From: Coprothermobacteraceae bacterium
GTDB lineage: Bacteria > Coprothermobacterota > Coprothermobacteria > Coprothermobacterales > Coprothermobacteraceae
Assembly: GCA_013178255.1 (NCBI GenBank)
Contig: JABLWY010000001.1
Span: 364,503-428,502 of the forward strand
DNA: 64,000 nt
Reading direction: 5' to 3'
Shown here: positions 18,855 to 27,144 of the stretch, piece by piece
How the letters are laid out: every line of letters starts with the position of its first letter
Numbering within the stretch: the stretch's first letter is position 1
Translations under genes and position numbers: made by a program
Notes under the pieces: generated by a model
Seen by the model: only the letters and a program-made list of their open reading frames with translations
Told to the model about the DNA's origin: nothing
Databases searched by the model: none

Positions 18855-18872
18855 GGGGGCATGTGTTATAAT
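18843..18872 (+). promoter_or_regulatory. Candidate sigma-A promoter with extended -10 (TTGCGT -35 at 18843-18848, TGtTATAAT at 18864-18872)
   Basis: TATAAT at 18867-18872 is preceded by TG at 18864-18865. The -35-like TTGCGT sits at an 18 bp spacing. Drives the GC-rich leader described next. Confidence 0.45.
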
Positions 18873-18879
18873 AACTATG

Positions 18880-19027
18880 CCTGCCGTGTGCGTGGGACGG
18901 GGCAGGAGCGCATCCAACAGATGCGTCTTGGGAGCCCGAATCCACCCGCTTCGGCGGTTGGAGGGAGGCGCCCACTTGGGTGCCGGGACGCGGCTTCCTG
19001 ACCCCTTACGGCACGGTGGGCTTTTTT
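18880..19027 (+). ncRNA. Structured GC-rich leader RNA or small RNA with terminator/antiterminator alternative upstream of ytxG (possible riboswitch or attenuator)
   Basis: About 148 nt and far more GC-rich than its flanks. Contains a CCGC-UUCG-GCGG tetraloop hairpin (18946-18957). A local hairpin GGCGCCCACUUGGGUGCC (18967-18984) is mutually exclusive with a long-range stem: GCCCAC/GUGCCG pairs with CGGCAC/GUGGGC at 19009-19021, followed by U6 at 19022-19027. The downstream RBS GGGGAGG begins 1 nt after the U-tract. Confidence 0.4.
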
Positions 19028-19042
19028 GGGGAGGTGTTAGTT

Positions 19043-19405
19043 TTGACCAACTGGCAGGTCTTTTTCATTGCATTTCCTTTGTGGGTGTTTGCCGTCGGTA
19101 CCGTAGTCATGTTGGCTCTCATTCTTTCGGTTATGACTAAATACGGCAGGGAACTGCAGAAGAGCTTAGAGGATATTCAAAAGGACATTAAAACTATGAC
19201 GCTCAGCGCAGCTCAGGAAGTGCCGAGCATGCTCAAGAATGTCAATGAAACTACCGCCCACATTAAGGATATGACGCAGAACCTATCGCAGCTTACAGCG
19301 GTGTTACCTCTAGTCATAAGGCCAAGCTTGGGAAGCTTGGCGATCAAGGCTGTGCCTTCTATAATGGGTCTTGTGAATAGTCTAAGAAAAAGGAAGGGTA
19401 AATAG
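19043..19405 (+). CDS. DUF948 (YtxG-like) membrane-anchored general stress protein
   Basis: N-terminal TM helix then a coiled region (…KYGRELQKSLEDIQKDIKTMTLSAAQEV…NETTAHIKDMTQNLSQL) typical of DUF948. TTG start 8 nt after GGAGG. The longer ORF from 18980 was rejected because it runs through the structured RNA. Confidence 0.55.
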   Translation: MTNWQVFFIAFPLWVFAVGTVVMLALILSVMTKYGRELQKSLEDIQKDIKTMTLSAAQEVPSMLKNVNETTAHIKDMTQNLSQLTAVLPLVIRPSLGSLAIKAVPSIMGLVNSLRKRKGK

Positions 19406-19426
19406 TGGCATAAGGAGGTGAGCCTA

Positions 19427-19636
19427 ATGGTTCATAGGGACCGCGGTGACCTGCTGCGCGACTTGATCATGATCAAAATAGGTGCCGTAGGGGGTTTTGT
19501 TCTGGGCTTCGCTCTCGGTGGCATACTTGTGCACTTGGCTCACAAGAAGCTGATGGAGTGCACATATTTGGAGGATTGGGAGGAGGAACTCCCTGAAGAA
19601 ACCTGCGAAGAAGAGAAGACCAAAGAGGAGAAATAG
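19427..19636 (+). CDS. Small glycine-zipper membrane protein with acidic C-terminal tail
   Basis: GAVGGFVLGFALGGILV glycine-zipper TM segment followed by an E-rich tail. ATG 10 nt after AAGGAGG. Confidence 0.4.
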   Translation: MVHRDRGDLLRDLIMIKIGAVGGFVLGFALGGILVHLAHKKLMECTYLEDWEEELPEETCEEEKTKEEK

Positions 19637-19666
19637 GCCAATGACTCCTCGAAAGGAGGCTAGCAT

Positions 19667-19921
19667 ATGGAGGATGTGAAGAAGCTTTTCTGTGTGTTTA
19701 GTGCGTTTGTTGCAGGGGTCGTAGTTGGTGCAGCCGCTGGTTTGTTCTTGGCTCCTATGAAGGGCGAGGAACTGCAGGAGATAACAAAAGAAAAAGCTTT
19801 GGAACTCAAGGAAGCAGCTCTCAAAAAAGCGGAAGAACTCAAGAAAAAGGCCGAGGAACTGTCCAAGAAGGCGGAAGAAATAGTCAGCGAACCTGCCATC
19901 GAGATAGATCAGGAACCCTGA
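19667..19921 (+). CDS. YtxH-like protein (Gly-zipper helix plus K/E-rich coiled coil)
   Basis: …FVAGVVVGAAAGLFLAPMKGEE… followed by KKAEELKKKAEELSKKAEE, the YtxH-family pattern. RBS AAAGGAGG. Confidence 0.55.
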   Translation: MEDVKKLFCVFSAFVAGVVVGAAAGLFLAPMKGEELQEITKEKALELKEAALKKAEELKKKAEELSKKAEEIVSEPAIEIDQEP

Positions 19922-19926
19922 ACCGG

Positions 19927-19950
19927 AGAGGGGGCAGCGATGCCCCCTCT
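19927..19950. terminator. GC-rich hairpin (10 bp stem, GCGA tetraloop) between the convergent ytxH operon and dnaJ
   Basis: AGAGGGGGCA-GCGA-UGCCCCCUCU. No clean U-tract on either side, so terminator function is tentative. Confidence 0.4.
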
Positions 19951-19954
19951 AGAG

Positions 19955-21049
19955 TTAAAACAACCCGAATCTTTTCTTGTCTTTTTCGTAGAGCTGCTTT
20001 ATTCTTTCTAGCATTTGCTTTTCTTCGGGAGCAACTTTCGTTGGTAAGTCGACCTTGACTACCACGTGCAAATCGCCCCTGTAACGCCTGTTCTTGTCTG
20101 GGACGCCCTCCCCCGCAAGAACATACTCCTGACCTGGTTGAGTGCCTGGTTCTAGGTACAGCTCTTTTTCTTCGTCTGTGGCAGTCTTCATCTTAACCTT
20201 GCCACCTAAGATCGCATTGTAGTAGGGGACATGCACCTCGGTGTAAAGGTCCCGCCCTTTGCGCCGCCACCCCTGCGGAAGCACGACCTTTATGACCACG
20301 TTTATGTCTCCCGGTGTGCCACCTTTAACAGCGCTGCCTTGGCCTTTTAGCGTAATTACATCGTTATCTTCCACGCCCGGGGGAATATCAAGCTCTAAAG
20401 TCCTTTCCTTCTTTGTAACGCCACTGCCTCTGCACACGGGGCATGTCTCTTCAGGAGTGCGACCTGTTCCTCCGCATGTTGGGCACACCGTTTGCGTCAC
20501 AAAGACCCCAAAAGGCGTGTTCTGACGATTTTGTATCACGCCCGTACCATGGCATCTATCACAGGTAACAAACTTGCCGCCTTTTGCTCCAGTGCCACCG
20601 CAGGCCTCGCAAGCTTCCATCCTGAAAAATCGTATAGATCTCTTGGTGCCTGTTACCACTTCTTTAAGTGACAAGGTAACTTCAAGGGTTACATCGGGAC
20701 CGCGAGCTGTTGCTCTTTGTGCAGTTCTACTGAAGAATGGCGACCCAAACGGGAAGTCGCCGAAGAAGTCACGGAAGATTGAATCGAAGAAGTCGAAACC
20801 TTCACCTCTGTTGAAGGGGTCACCTACAAAGGTGCCTCCTCCCTTTCTAATGGCGTCGTACTCTGCTCGTTTCTTTGGGTCAACTAGGACTTGGTACGCT
20901 TCGTTTATTTCTGCCATACGTTTAGCAGCATCGTCGTCGCCCTTGTTAAGGTCAGGGTGAAACTGCCTAACAAGCTCCCTATAACGCTTCTTAATGTCTT
21001 CTACCGAGGCGTCCTCGGGGACTCCGAGGATCTCGTAGTAATCTTTCAT
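19955..21049 (-). CDS. dnaJ: Chaperone DnaJ
   Basis: J-domain ([10 protein letters not shown]…HPDLN), G/F-rich region, four CxxCxGxG zinc-finger repeats. Confidence 0.95.
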   Translation of the reverse strand: MKDYYEILGVPEDASVEDIKKRYRELVRQFHPDLNKGDDDAAKRMAEINEAYQVLVDPKKRAEYDAIRKGGGTFVGDPFNRGEGFDFFDSIFRDFFGDFPFGSPFFSRTAQRATARGPDVTLEVTLSLKEVVTGTKRSIRFFRMEACEACGGTGAKGGKFVTCDRCHGTGVIQNRQNTPFGVFVTQTVCPTCGGTGRTPEETCPVCRGSGVTKKERTLELDIPPGVEDNDVITLKGQGSAVKGGTPGDINVVIKVVLPQGWRRKGRDLYTEVHVPYYNAILGGKVKMKTATDEEKELYLEPGTQPGQEYVLAGEGVPDKNRRYRGDLHVVVKVDLPTKVAPEEKQMLERIKQLYEKDKKRFGLF

Positions 21050-22854
21050 TAGTGGACGTCTCCCCTAGGCCCTTCTTCTGTGTTTGTTCCGGGTTGATCC
21101 TTTGCGTTGCTTTGATATAGGAAGGCTCCTGCCTTACCCATAGCCGTAATCACATCTTCCATAAGGTTCTTAAGCTCATCGGTAGGCTTATTGTCTCTCA
21201 GTGCTTTCTCCAAGTTGTCAGCTTTCTCAGTAATGTCTTTGACAATGTCCTCGGGTAGCTTGCCTTCGTTTTCTTTTAGGAGTTTCCTTGCTTGGTAGAT
21301 GTACGTGTCTGCTTGGTTTCTCGTTTCAATTTCCTCTTTGCGCCTCTTGTCTTCCTCAGCGTACATCTCGGCTTCTTTACGCATACGCTCTATTTCTTCT
21401 TGCGACAACCTAGTACCGTTGGTGATGGTTATCTGTTGACTCTTCCCCGTGGCTTTGTCCTTCGCAGTGACGTTGAGGATGCCGTTGGCGTCTATGCTGA
21501 AGGTCACTTCTATTTGTGGTACACCCCTCGGTGCGGGTGGGATACCATCCAATATGAACTGCCCCAAAGACAAGTTGTCCTTAGCCAACGGTCGTTCTCC
21601 CTGAAGTACGTGTATTTGAACACTAGGCTGATAGTCAGCCGCTGTGGTGAATATCTCAGACTTGGTGACGGGAATGGGGGTGTTCCTCGGGATAAGAACA
21701 GTCATGATGCCACCAACGGTCTCCACACCCAAGGACAAAGGCGTCACGTCTACTAGTACTATGTCCTTAACCGTTCCCTCGATTATTCCTGCTTGAATGG
21801 CCGCGCCCATAGCTACTGCTTCCATTGGGTCAATGCCGCGCTCTACGGGCTTGCCCATAAACTTCTCTACGAAATCCCTCACTATCGGCATGCGCGTTGG
21901 ACCGCCTATTAGTATGATCTTGTCGATTTGGGCTGGCGTGAGGTTAGCATCCTTGAGGGCTTGCTCCATGGGGCCTGCGGTCTTTTCAACTATGGGCTTA
22001 ACCAACTGTTCCAGTTTGGCCCTAGTAATCTTCATTTGAAGGTGAACGGGTTGCCCGTCTTTCATGGCAATGAAGGGCAAAGATATGTCTGTTTCTAGAA
22101 CGGAAGACAGTTCTATTTTTGCCTTTTCTACGGCTTCGTTCAGCCTGATCATGGCCATGCGGTCTGCTCTGAGGTCTATGCCCGATTCTCGCTGGAATTC
22201 TTCCAATACGTATTCCAAGAGCACTTTGTCCATGTCGCGTCCACCGAGCTGAGTGTCGCCGCTAGTAGACACCACTTGGAAAACGCCGTGACCAAATTCC
22301 ATTATGGTTACGTCCAGAGTACCGCCGCCGAAGTCATAGACCATAATCTTCATCTCTTGTTCCGACTTGTCCAAACCGTAAGCGAATGCAGCAGCAGTGG
22401 GTTCGTTTACCAATCTGACCACTTCCAAACCGGCGATGGCTCCAGCGTCTTTTGTTGCTTGCCTCTGTGCATCGTTAAAATAGGCGGGCACCGTAATAAC
22501 AGCTTTTGAGACGGGTTCACCCAGGAACGCCTCTGCGTCCTTCTTGATCTTCTGAAGGATGAACGCAGAGATCTGCTCAGGTGTATATGTCTTTCCAAAT
22601 ACATTTATCGTCTCCCGGGTACCCATTTTCCTCTTGATGCCGGTTATAGTCCCTTCTGGGTTCATGGCTGCCTGCCTCCGCGCGGGTTCGCCCACCAGTA
22701 TCTGTCCATCCTTGGTAAAAGCTACCACCGAAGGTACCGTTTTTCCGTACATGGTTGTACCTTCAGCTGATGGAATGATGGTCGGCTTACCACCAAGCAT
22801 GACCGCAGCGCACGAGTTGGATGTTCCCAGGTCAATTCCTATAATCTTGCTCAT
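21049..22854 (-). CDS. dnaK: Chaperone DnaK (Hsp70)
   Basis: [22 protein letters not shown] and the rest of the Hsp70 signatures. TAATG stop/start overlap with dnaJ. Confidence 0.95.
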   Translation of the reverse strand: MSKIIGIDLGTSNSCAAVMLGGKPTIIPSAEGTTMYGKTVPSVVAFTKDGQILVGEPARRQAAMNPEGTITGIKRKMGTRETINVFGKTYTPEQISAFILQKIKKDAEAFLGEPVSKAVITVPAYFNDAQRQATKDAGAIAGLEVVRLVNEPTAAAFAYGLDKSEQEMKIMVYDFGGGTLDVTIMEFGHGVFQVVSTSGDTQLGGRDMDKVLLEYVLEEFQRESGIDLRADRMAMIRLNEAVEKAKIELSSVLETDISLPFIAMKDGQPVHLQMKITRAKLEQLVKPIVEKTAGPMEQALKDANLTPAQIDKIILIGGPTRMPIVRDFVEKFMGKPVERGIDPMEAVAMGAAIQAGIIEGTVKDIVLVDVTPLSLGVETVGGIMTVLIPRNTPIPVTKSEIFTTAADYQPSVQIHVLQGERPLAKDNLSLGQFILDGIPPAPRGVPQIEVTFSIDANGILNVTAKDKATGKSQQITITNGTRLSQEEIERMRKEAEMYAEEDKRRKEEIETRNQADTYIYQARKLLKENEGKLPEDIVKDITEKADNLEKALRDNKPTDELKNLMEDVITAMGKAGAFLYQSNAKDQPGTNTEEGPRGDVH

Positions 22855-22911
22855 AACGCACCTCCTAAAGGATAATGGGCTCTAATGTGATATTTACCAG
22901 CATGGGCCTCC

Positions 22912-22917
22912 AATTAT
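22912..22917 (-). promoter_or_regulatory. Candidate -10 box (TATAAT) for dnaK, about 55 nt upstream of its start
   Basis: Minus-sense …TTGGTTTTGTATAATTGGAGG…AGGAGG-N6-ATG. No convincing -35 and no CIRCE. Confidence 0.35.
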
Positions 22918-23031
22918 ACAAAACCAACGTGAGGTGGGGTGGCTTAACATTTTCTTAACCTGACCGATGCGAATATGCGTTATGCTATTTCATGAAGAGC
23001 GGAAGGCTATGGCCTTCCAAGAAGCCTCCCT

Positions 23032-23058
23032 GTGAGATGCTCACCCCTGGCATCTCAC
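23032..23058. promoter_or_regulatory. Perfect 9-N9-9 inverted repeat GTGAGATGC-N9-GCATCTCAC upstream of the dnaK promoter
   Basis: Same geometry as CIRCE (9-N9-9) but unrelated sequence. Flanked by a 7 bp IR (GGAAGGC-TATG-GCCTTCC, 23001-23018) and the hairpin at 23087-23113. Confidence 0.4.
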
Positions 23059-23086
23059 CCACCTCCTTTCCTCACTACACCTACAT

Positions 23087-23113
23087 AAGGGACGGTTACC
23101 CCCGCCGTCCCTT
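23087..23113. terminator. Hairpin AAGGGACGG-N9-CCGUCCCUU directly after the amidohydrolase stop codon
   Basis: 9 bp stem. A U-rich run (UACUUUUUAC) follows only in plus-sense. Minus-sense it follows the gene but has a poor U-tract. Confidence 0.4.
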
Positions 23114-23119
23114 TACTTT

Positions 23120-24286
23120 TTACATGAGCTTATTGACTGCGATGTTTCCGTTAACCATTACCAATTTGGGCTTACCTTCTATGGTAAGGGGGTCACCTTC
23201 CCACAAGACGAGGTCTGCATCTTTGCCCACCTCTATGGAGCCCAAGCGGTCTGCGAGGCCCAAGATTTCAGCAGCGTTAATGGTGATCGACCTTATGCCT
23301 TCGTCGTAAGGTAGTCCGTACTTTACAGCCATACCAACAGTAAGTGGGAGCAGTTGAATGGGGATGACCGGGTGATCAGTCATTATAGCTACCTTGACCC
23401 CGTGTTTGTAGAGCACTCCCGGGGTTTCAAAGGTCCTATTCATCAACTCCACCTTGCTTCGGCTGGTCATGTTTGGACCTACGATGCAGGGGAAACCAGA
23501 CTCGGCGATTTCAGAAGGGATTAGATGTCCCTCGGTGCAGTGGTCAATAGTGATGCGGATATTAAACTCCTTCGCGATCCTAATGGCAGTGAGTATGTCA
23601 TCTGCTCTATGAGCATGTACCTTCAAGGGGATTTCTCCGCGTAGCACCATAGCCAGGTGTTCCATACCTAGGTCTAATTCGGGCTGCTTCTCGGGATCAT
23701 CGGCGTACTTCTGTTTCTTCTCCATGTAGGCTCTTGCCTTGAGCAGCGCCTGTCTCATGAGGGCAGCGGTGGCCATTCTCGTTACTGGTGACTTTTTTTG
23801 ATTCTGATAAACCCTCTTTGGGTTTTCACCCGTGGCTGCTTTGACAGCTACTGGGTCCTTGACAATCATCTTGTCGATGATTGTTCCGTGCGTCTTGAAT
23901 ACACACACGGTACCCCCTATAACGTTGGCAGACCCAGGCGCTGAGCAGACTGTGGTTACGCCGCCCTCCAGTGCGTCCCTTACACCTTGTTCCATCGGGT
24001 TTATGCCGTCCACAGCGCGCAGCTGAGGGGTCACTGGGTCAACCCACTCGTTGTAGTCTTCGCCTTCCCAGCCGATGCCCTCTTCCGAAATGCCAACGTG
24101 GCTGTGTGCGTCAATAAAGCCTGGCATAAGTAGAAGGCCCTTAGCGTCTATGATGTGGTCCACTTCTGTCGAAAAGGTTCCTTGTTGAACCTCGACGATC
24201 TTGCCGTTCTCAACCAATACGCTTCCCCGCTCAATAATACCCTGTGTGACTGTGTTAATCTTCGCATTAGTGATGAGAATACGCAT
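23120..24286 (-). CDS. Metal-dependent amidohydrolase family protein
   Basis: N-terminal composite-domain plus TIM-barrel pattern with the metal ligand motif LLMPGFIDAHSHVG. 388 aa. Confidence 0.75.
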   Translation of the reverse strand: MRILITNAKINTVTQGIIERGSVLVENGKIVEVQQGTFSTEVDHIIDAKGLLLMPGFIDAHSHVGISEEGIGWEGEDYNEWVDPVTPQLRAVDGINPMEQGVRDALEGGVTTVCSAPGSANVIGGTVCVFKTHGTIIDKMIVKDPVAVKAATGENPKRVYQNQKKSPVTRMATAALMRQALLKARAYMEKKQKYADDPEKQPELDLGMEHLAMVLRGEIPLKVHAHRADDILTAIRIAKEFNIRITIDHCTEGHLIPSEIAESGFPCIVGPNMTSRSKVELMNRTFETPGVLYKHGVKVAIMTDHPVIPIQLLPLTVGMAVKYGLPYDEGIRSITINAAEILGLADRLGSIEVGKDADLVLWEGDPLTIEGKPKLVMVNGNIAVNKLM

Positions 24287-24328
24287 GACACACCTCCCTA
24301 GAAACTTTGCCTACTAAAATATTAGCAT

Positions 24329-25411
24329 CTAAAAAAGAAATAGAGCCAGAGGTACAGCAAAGGTTATGATGATGGCAAATAGGACCTTCTTGTAAAGGGG
24401 AGCTGCTTTTGCCTTGAAGTATTCCCGCGAAAGTATGAGGCACAGGTGTGTTGGGCTTGCCATGACTCCCGCCACGGCGAAAACGAAGGCCAGGTTAAGT
24501 AAAGGTATCCTGTTGGCCGAGTTCGTCAAAGCGGCCAACAAAGGTATGGCAGTACCAACTCCCGCTTGCGTAATACCTGTGATGGCCGATATTACAAACG
24601 GTAGTGTGATGAAGAATAACACCGGAGGAAGGTTGAGCGAGGACAGCGTTTGGGCTACTGCCTTGTCGGCCCCAGTAGCCTCCAGCATAGAAGCAAAGAA
24701 GTAAACGGCCGGTATTATGGCCAGCATCTTCCATTTCAGCGCTTCTTTGAACAATCCCAGGGGATGAGGTAAGGTCCTGTGTGTGCGGGCGAATATGAAC
24801 GAACAGGCAGCTAAGATAGCAATGGGCACCGTGAAGTCTTTTCTAATGGCGATGCCCAGCAATATCACCAAAAGCAGGGGACCTAAGTCCAGTGCCATTT
24901 CGCGCCACGCAGGTTTTCTGAAGCTCAAAGACGGTTTGCTGAAGCCAAACGCGATTAACCAGCCGGCAGCTATCATGGCCAAAGGTACGTACCAGTTAAG
25001 GACAAAGAGTTGCCCTGGGGAGATCCCTATCAGCAGTGCCGCCATAAGGGTGGCTGGGTAAAGAGGCATTATGGGTTCCCAAATGTGCCTAAACCAGTAG
25101 TTGACAAACGCCTTTGTATTTACGTCGATTTCTTCGTCTCGCATAGTTTCTGCCACCAAAGGCGCAGAGAACCTAGCACCCCCGGGGGAGGGTGGTAAGC
25201 CTAAGACCGCTGGCATGAGGGCACCTGTTACGCGCTTGTCCCCGAGCATCAACAAGAAATTCTGCATCAAACGCCCCAGCGCTCCACTCTTGCGGAGAAA
25301 GACTTCATACAGCGACATTAAATAAAGGGTCATCACCACCGCGATGGTCTTAGGAGCCACCAATACGGTAGCAAACGTGCGCAGTGTGGAGGTGGGACCC
25401 ACGCCACCCAC
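24329..25411 (-). CDS. Polytopic membrane protein, putative permease (DUF401-like)
   Basis: 360 aa with about 10 predicted TM helices and no transport signature I can name with confidence. Confidence 0.45.
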   Translation of the reverse strand: MGGVGPTSTLRTFATVLVAPKTIAVVMTLYLMSLYEVFLRKSGALGRLMQNFLLMLGDKRVTGALMPAVLGLPPSPGGARFSAPLVAETMRDEEIDVNTKAFVNYWFRHIWEPIMPLYPATLMAALLIGISPGQLFVLNWYVPLAMIAAGWLIAFGFSKPSLSFRKPAWREMALDLGPLLLVILLGIAIRKDFTVPIAILAACSFIFARTHRTLPHPLGLFKEALKWKMLAIIPAVYFFASMLEATGADKAVAQTLSSLNLPPVLFFITLPFVISAITGITQAGVGTAIPLLAALTNSANRIPLLNLAFVFAVAGVMASPTHLCLILSREYFKAKAAPLYKKVLFAIIITFAVPLALFLF

Positions 25412-25562
25412 CAGCCCCTAAGCTGTGGCTGCTAGAAGGAACAATAGGTACAGATCCACTTTATCGAGCAACAAAACAATAACAAGAAATATAACGGCAA
25501 GCCAAATAGCCAAATTCACAAGTTAATTATATTACAAAATATTTAGATGCCAACGAGTTCTG

Positions 25563-25871
25563 CTATGGGGTACTTGTCCCAGGTGGCCTCTTGGTGGTTC
25601 TCGTTTGCTCAGTGCCCTCTAGATGTTCCCTACGGTGTTCGCAAGAGGTTGCAAAGCGCTCCAAAATAGCTGGTAGATCGCTGTCTGTCCACAAATCATC
25701 CATAAGGGGGTTGCTTTTCAATGTCTCGCTCACCGCATACTTCCTGGGAGACTTTGCGTCGAACTTGATATGAGGCCTTAAATCCAATGGAAAATCAGGC
25801 AATATGGACTTTATCAGTTTTTCTGCTGTTTGGAAGAACAACTCTTCAACTTCAGTAACAGTCTCAGTCAT
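25563..25871 (-). CDS. Hypothetical protein
   Basis: ORF trimmed to the internal Met (MTETVT…) so it does not overlap the divergent PAP2 gene. No recognisable motifs. Confidence 0.3.
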   Translation of the reverse strand: MTETVTEVEELFFQTAEKLIKSILPDFPLDLRPHIKFDAKSPRKYAVSETLKSNPLMDDLWTDSDLPAILERFATSCEHRREHLEGTEQTRTTKRPPGTSTP

Positions 25872-26017
25872 AGCGAGCCGTTCGCGGAAATCTGGAAGCA
25901 GTTCCTTTTCGATCTGGACAAAGGATCTCACAGAACCACCCCTTCCTGAAACTTTGTCATATGATACCCCAAAACAACGGAGGTTATAACTCCTGCCCAT
26001 TGGGTACAATAACAAGT

Positions 26018-26632
26018 ATGGTGAAGCCTAGCAAAGCGTGGCTGGCGCGTTTTGTTTCTGATGTGGGCAATCCCATGCTATGGGGTAATTTCATCTTAGT
26101 TCTCATCATGCTACAGCGTGCCACGCCGCTCAAAGTTGCCTTGTATTCGTTCGCGGTGTTGTTCGTAACGGTAGGTTTGCTAACAGGCATAGCGTTCGTA
26201 GTAGCGAGGAATAGGCAGTTGATGCCACACCGAGATCTCATAGAGCGCGAAATAAGGTATTTGCCCTACATTGTTAGCGTCATAGCTTACGCTATTGCGA
26301 CCTTTTACCTGTATTACCAATCTTGGGCACCCCGATGGCTCATATACGTCACCAGCACTATGGCTGTAGGCGTGATAGTTTGCGGGATTATCAACTCACA
26401 GTGGAAGGTGTCTTTTCATACCTTTGGTGCCTCATCCATGGCCTGCATCTACTACGTCCTAACCGGAAGCCCGTGGGCTGTTTTATTATTGGCGACTAGC
26501 CTGATAATAGGGTGGTCTCGCACAGTTCTTGGCGTGCATACATGGGGTCAGGTATTTGGTGGGTTTATACTTGGCGTTGCCATACCATTGCTCACTCGAT
26601 GGACCGCGTTAGGAGGTTTCGTATGGACATAA
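26018..26632 (+). CDS. PAP2-family membrane phosphatase-like protein
   Basis: Six TM helices. Degenerate PAP2 motif 3 (GWSRTVLGVHTWGQV, SRx5Hx3Q) and an SFH… motif 2. Confidence 0.5.
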   Translation: MVKPSKAWLARFVSDVGNPMLWGNFILVLIMLQRATPLKVALYSFAVLFVTVGLLTGIAFVVARNRQLMPHRDLIEREIRYLPYIVSVIAYAIATFYLYYQSWAPRWLIYVTSTMAVGVIVCGIINSQWKVSFHTFGASSMACIYYVLTGSPWAVLLLATSLIIGWSRTVLGVHTWGQVFGGFILGVAIPLLTRWTALGGFVWT

Positions 26633-27144
26633 GAGTTGTACCTGATACAATCCTTAGGGCCAAAGCTGATAAAGTCAAGTCAGTTACCCGTGAATTACAG
26701 GAGCTTATAGATCGCATGTACGCGGCTATGAAAGACAACGAGGTGGAGGGGGTTGGGTTGGCTGCTCCGCAGGTAGGGGTCCCTCTACGCCTGGTAGTTA
26801 TCGAGTACGAAGGCTTCAAAGAGGCCCTGATTAACCCGAAATGGGAGCCAGCAGGCGAAGAAGTGGACGAAGACTTGGAAGGCTGCCTTTCTGTACCGGG
26901 TTTGTATGGTTTAGTGAAGAGATACAGGAAGATACGCTTGTCTTTTACCGATGCCCTCGGCAAGAAGCACAGAGTGGTGCTAGAGGGCATGGTAGCTCGC
27001 ATTGTGCAGCACGAGGTCGATCACTTGGACGGCATATTATTCACTGATAAAATCACGGATTGGGATAGCGTTGAGGTAACACCATTGGCCTTGAAGCACC
27101 CAGGCGTGGTTGAAATCTTGAAGTCACACCAAATACGAGGATGA
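26623..27144 (+). CDS. def: Peptide deformylase
   Basis: GVGLAAPQVG, EGCLSVPG and HEVDHLDG motifs. Start taken at the internal ATG; 10 nt overlap with the upstream gene. Confidence 0.9.
   Translation: MDIRVVPDTILRAKADKVKSVTRELQELIDRMYAAMKDNEVEGVGLAAPQVGVPLRLVVIEYEGFKEALINPKWEPAGEEVDEDLEGCLSVPGLYGLVKRYRKIRLSFTDALGKKHRVVLEGMVARIVQHEVDHLDGILFTDKITDWDSVEVTPLALKHPGVVEILKSHQIRG

Noticed and set aside
18877-19140. 87 aa ORF and the 18980 start of the 141 aa ORF inside the GC-rich element
   Set aside because: The region has hairpin, tetraloop and U-tract architecture and an Arg/Gly-rich low-complexity translation typical of GC-rich non-coding sequence. The downstream protein's conserved part (DUF948) begins at the TTG at 19043, which has a proper SD.
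22855-23120. CIRCE (HrcA operator) upstream of dnaK
   Set aside because: I searched both strands for TTAGCACTC-N9-GAGTGCTAA and close variants and found none. Only an unrelated 9-N9-9 palindrome is present (reported as a finding).
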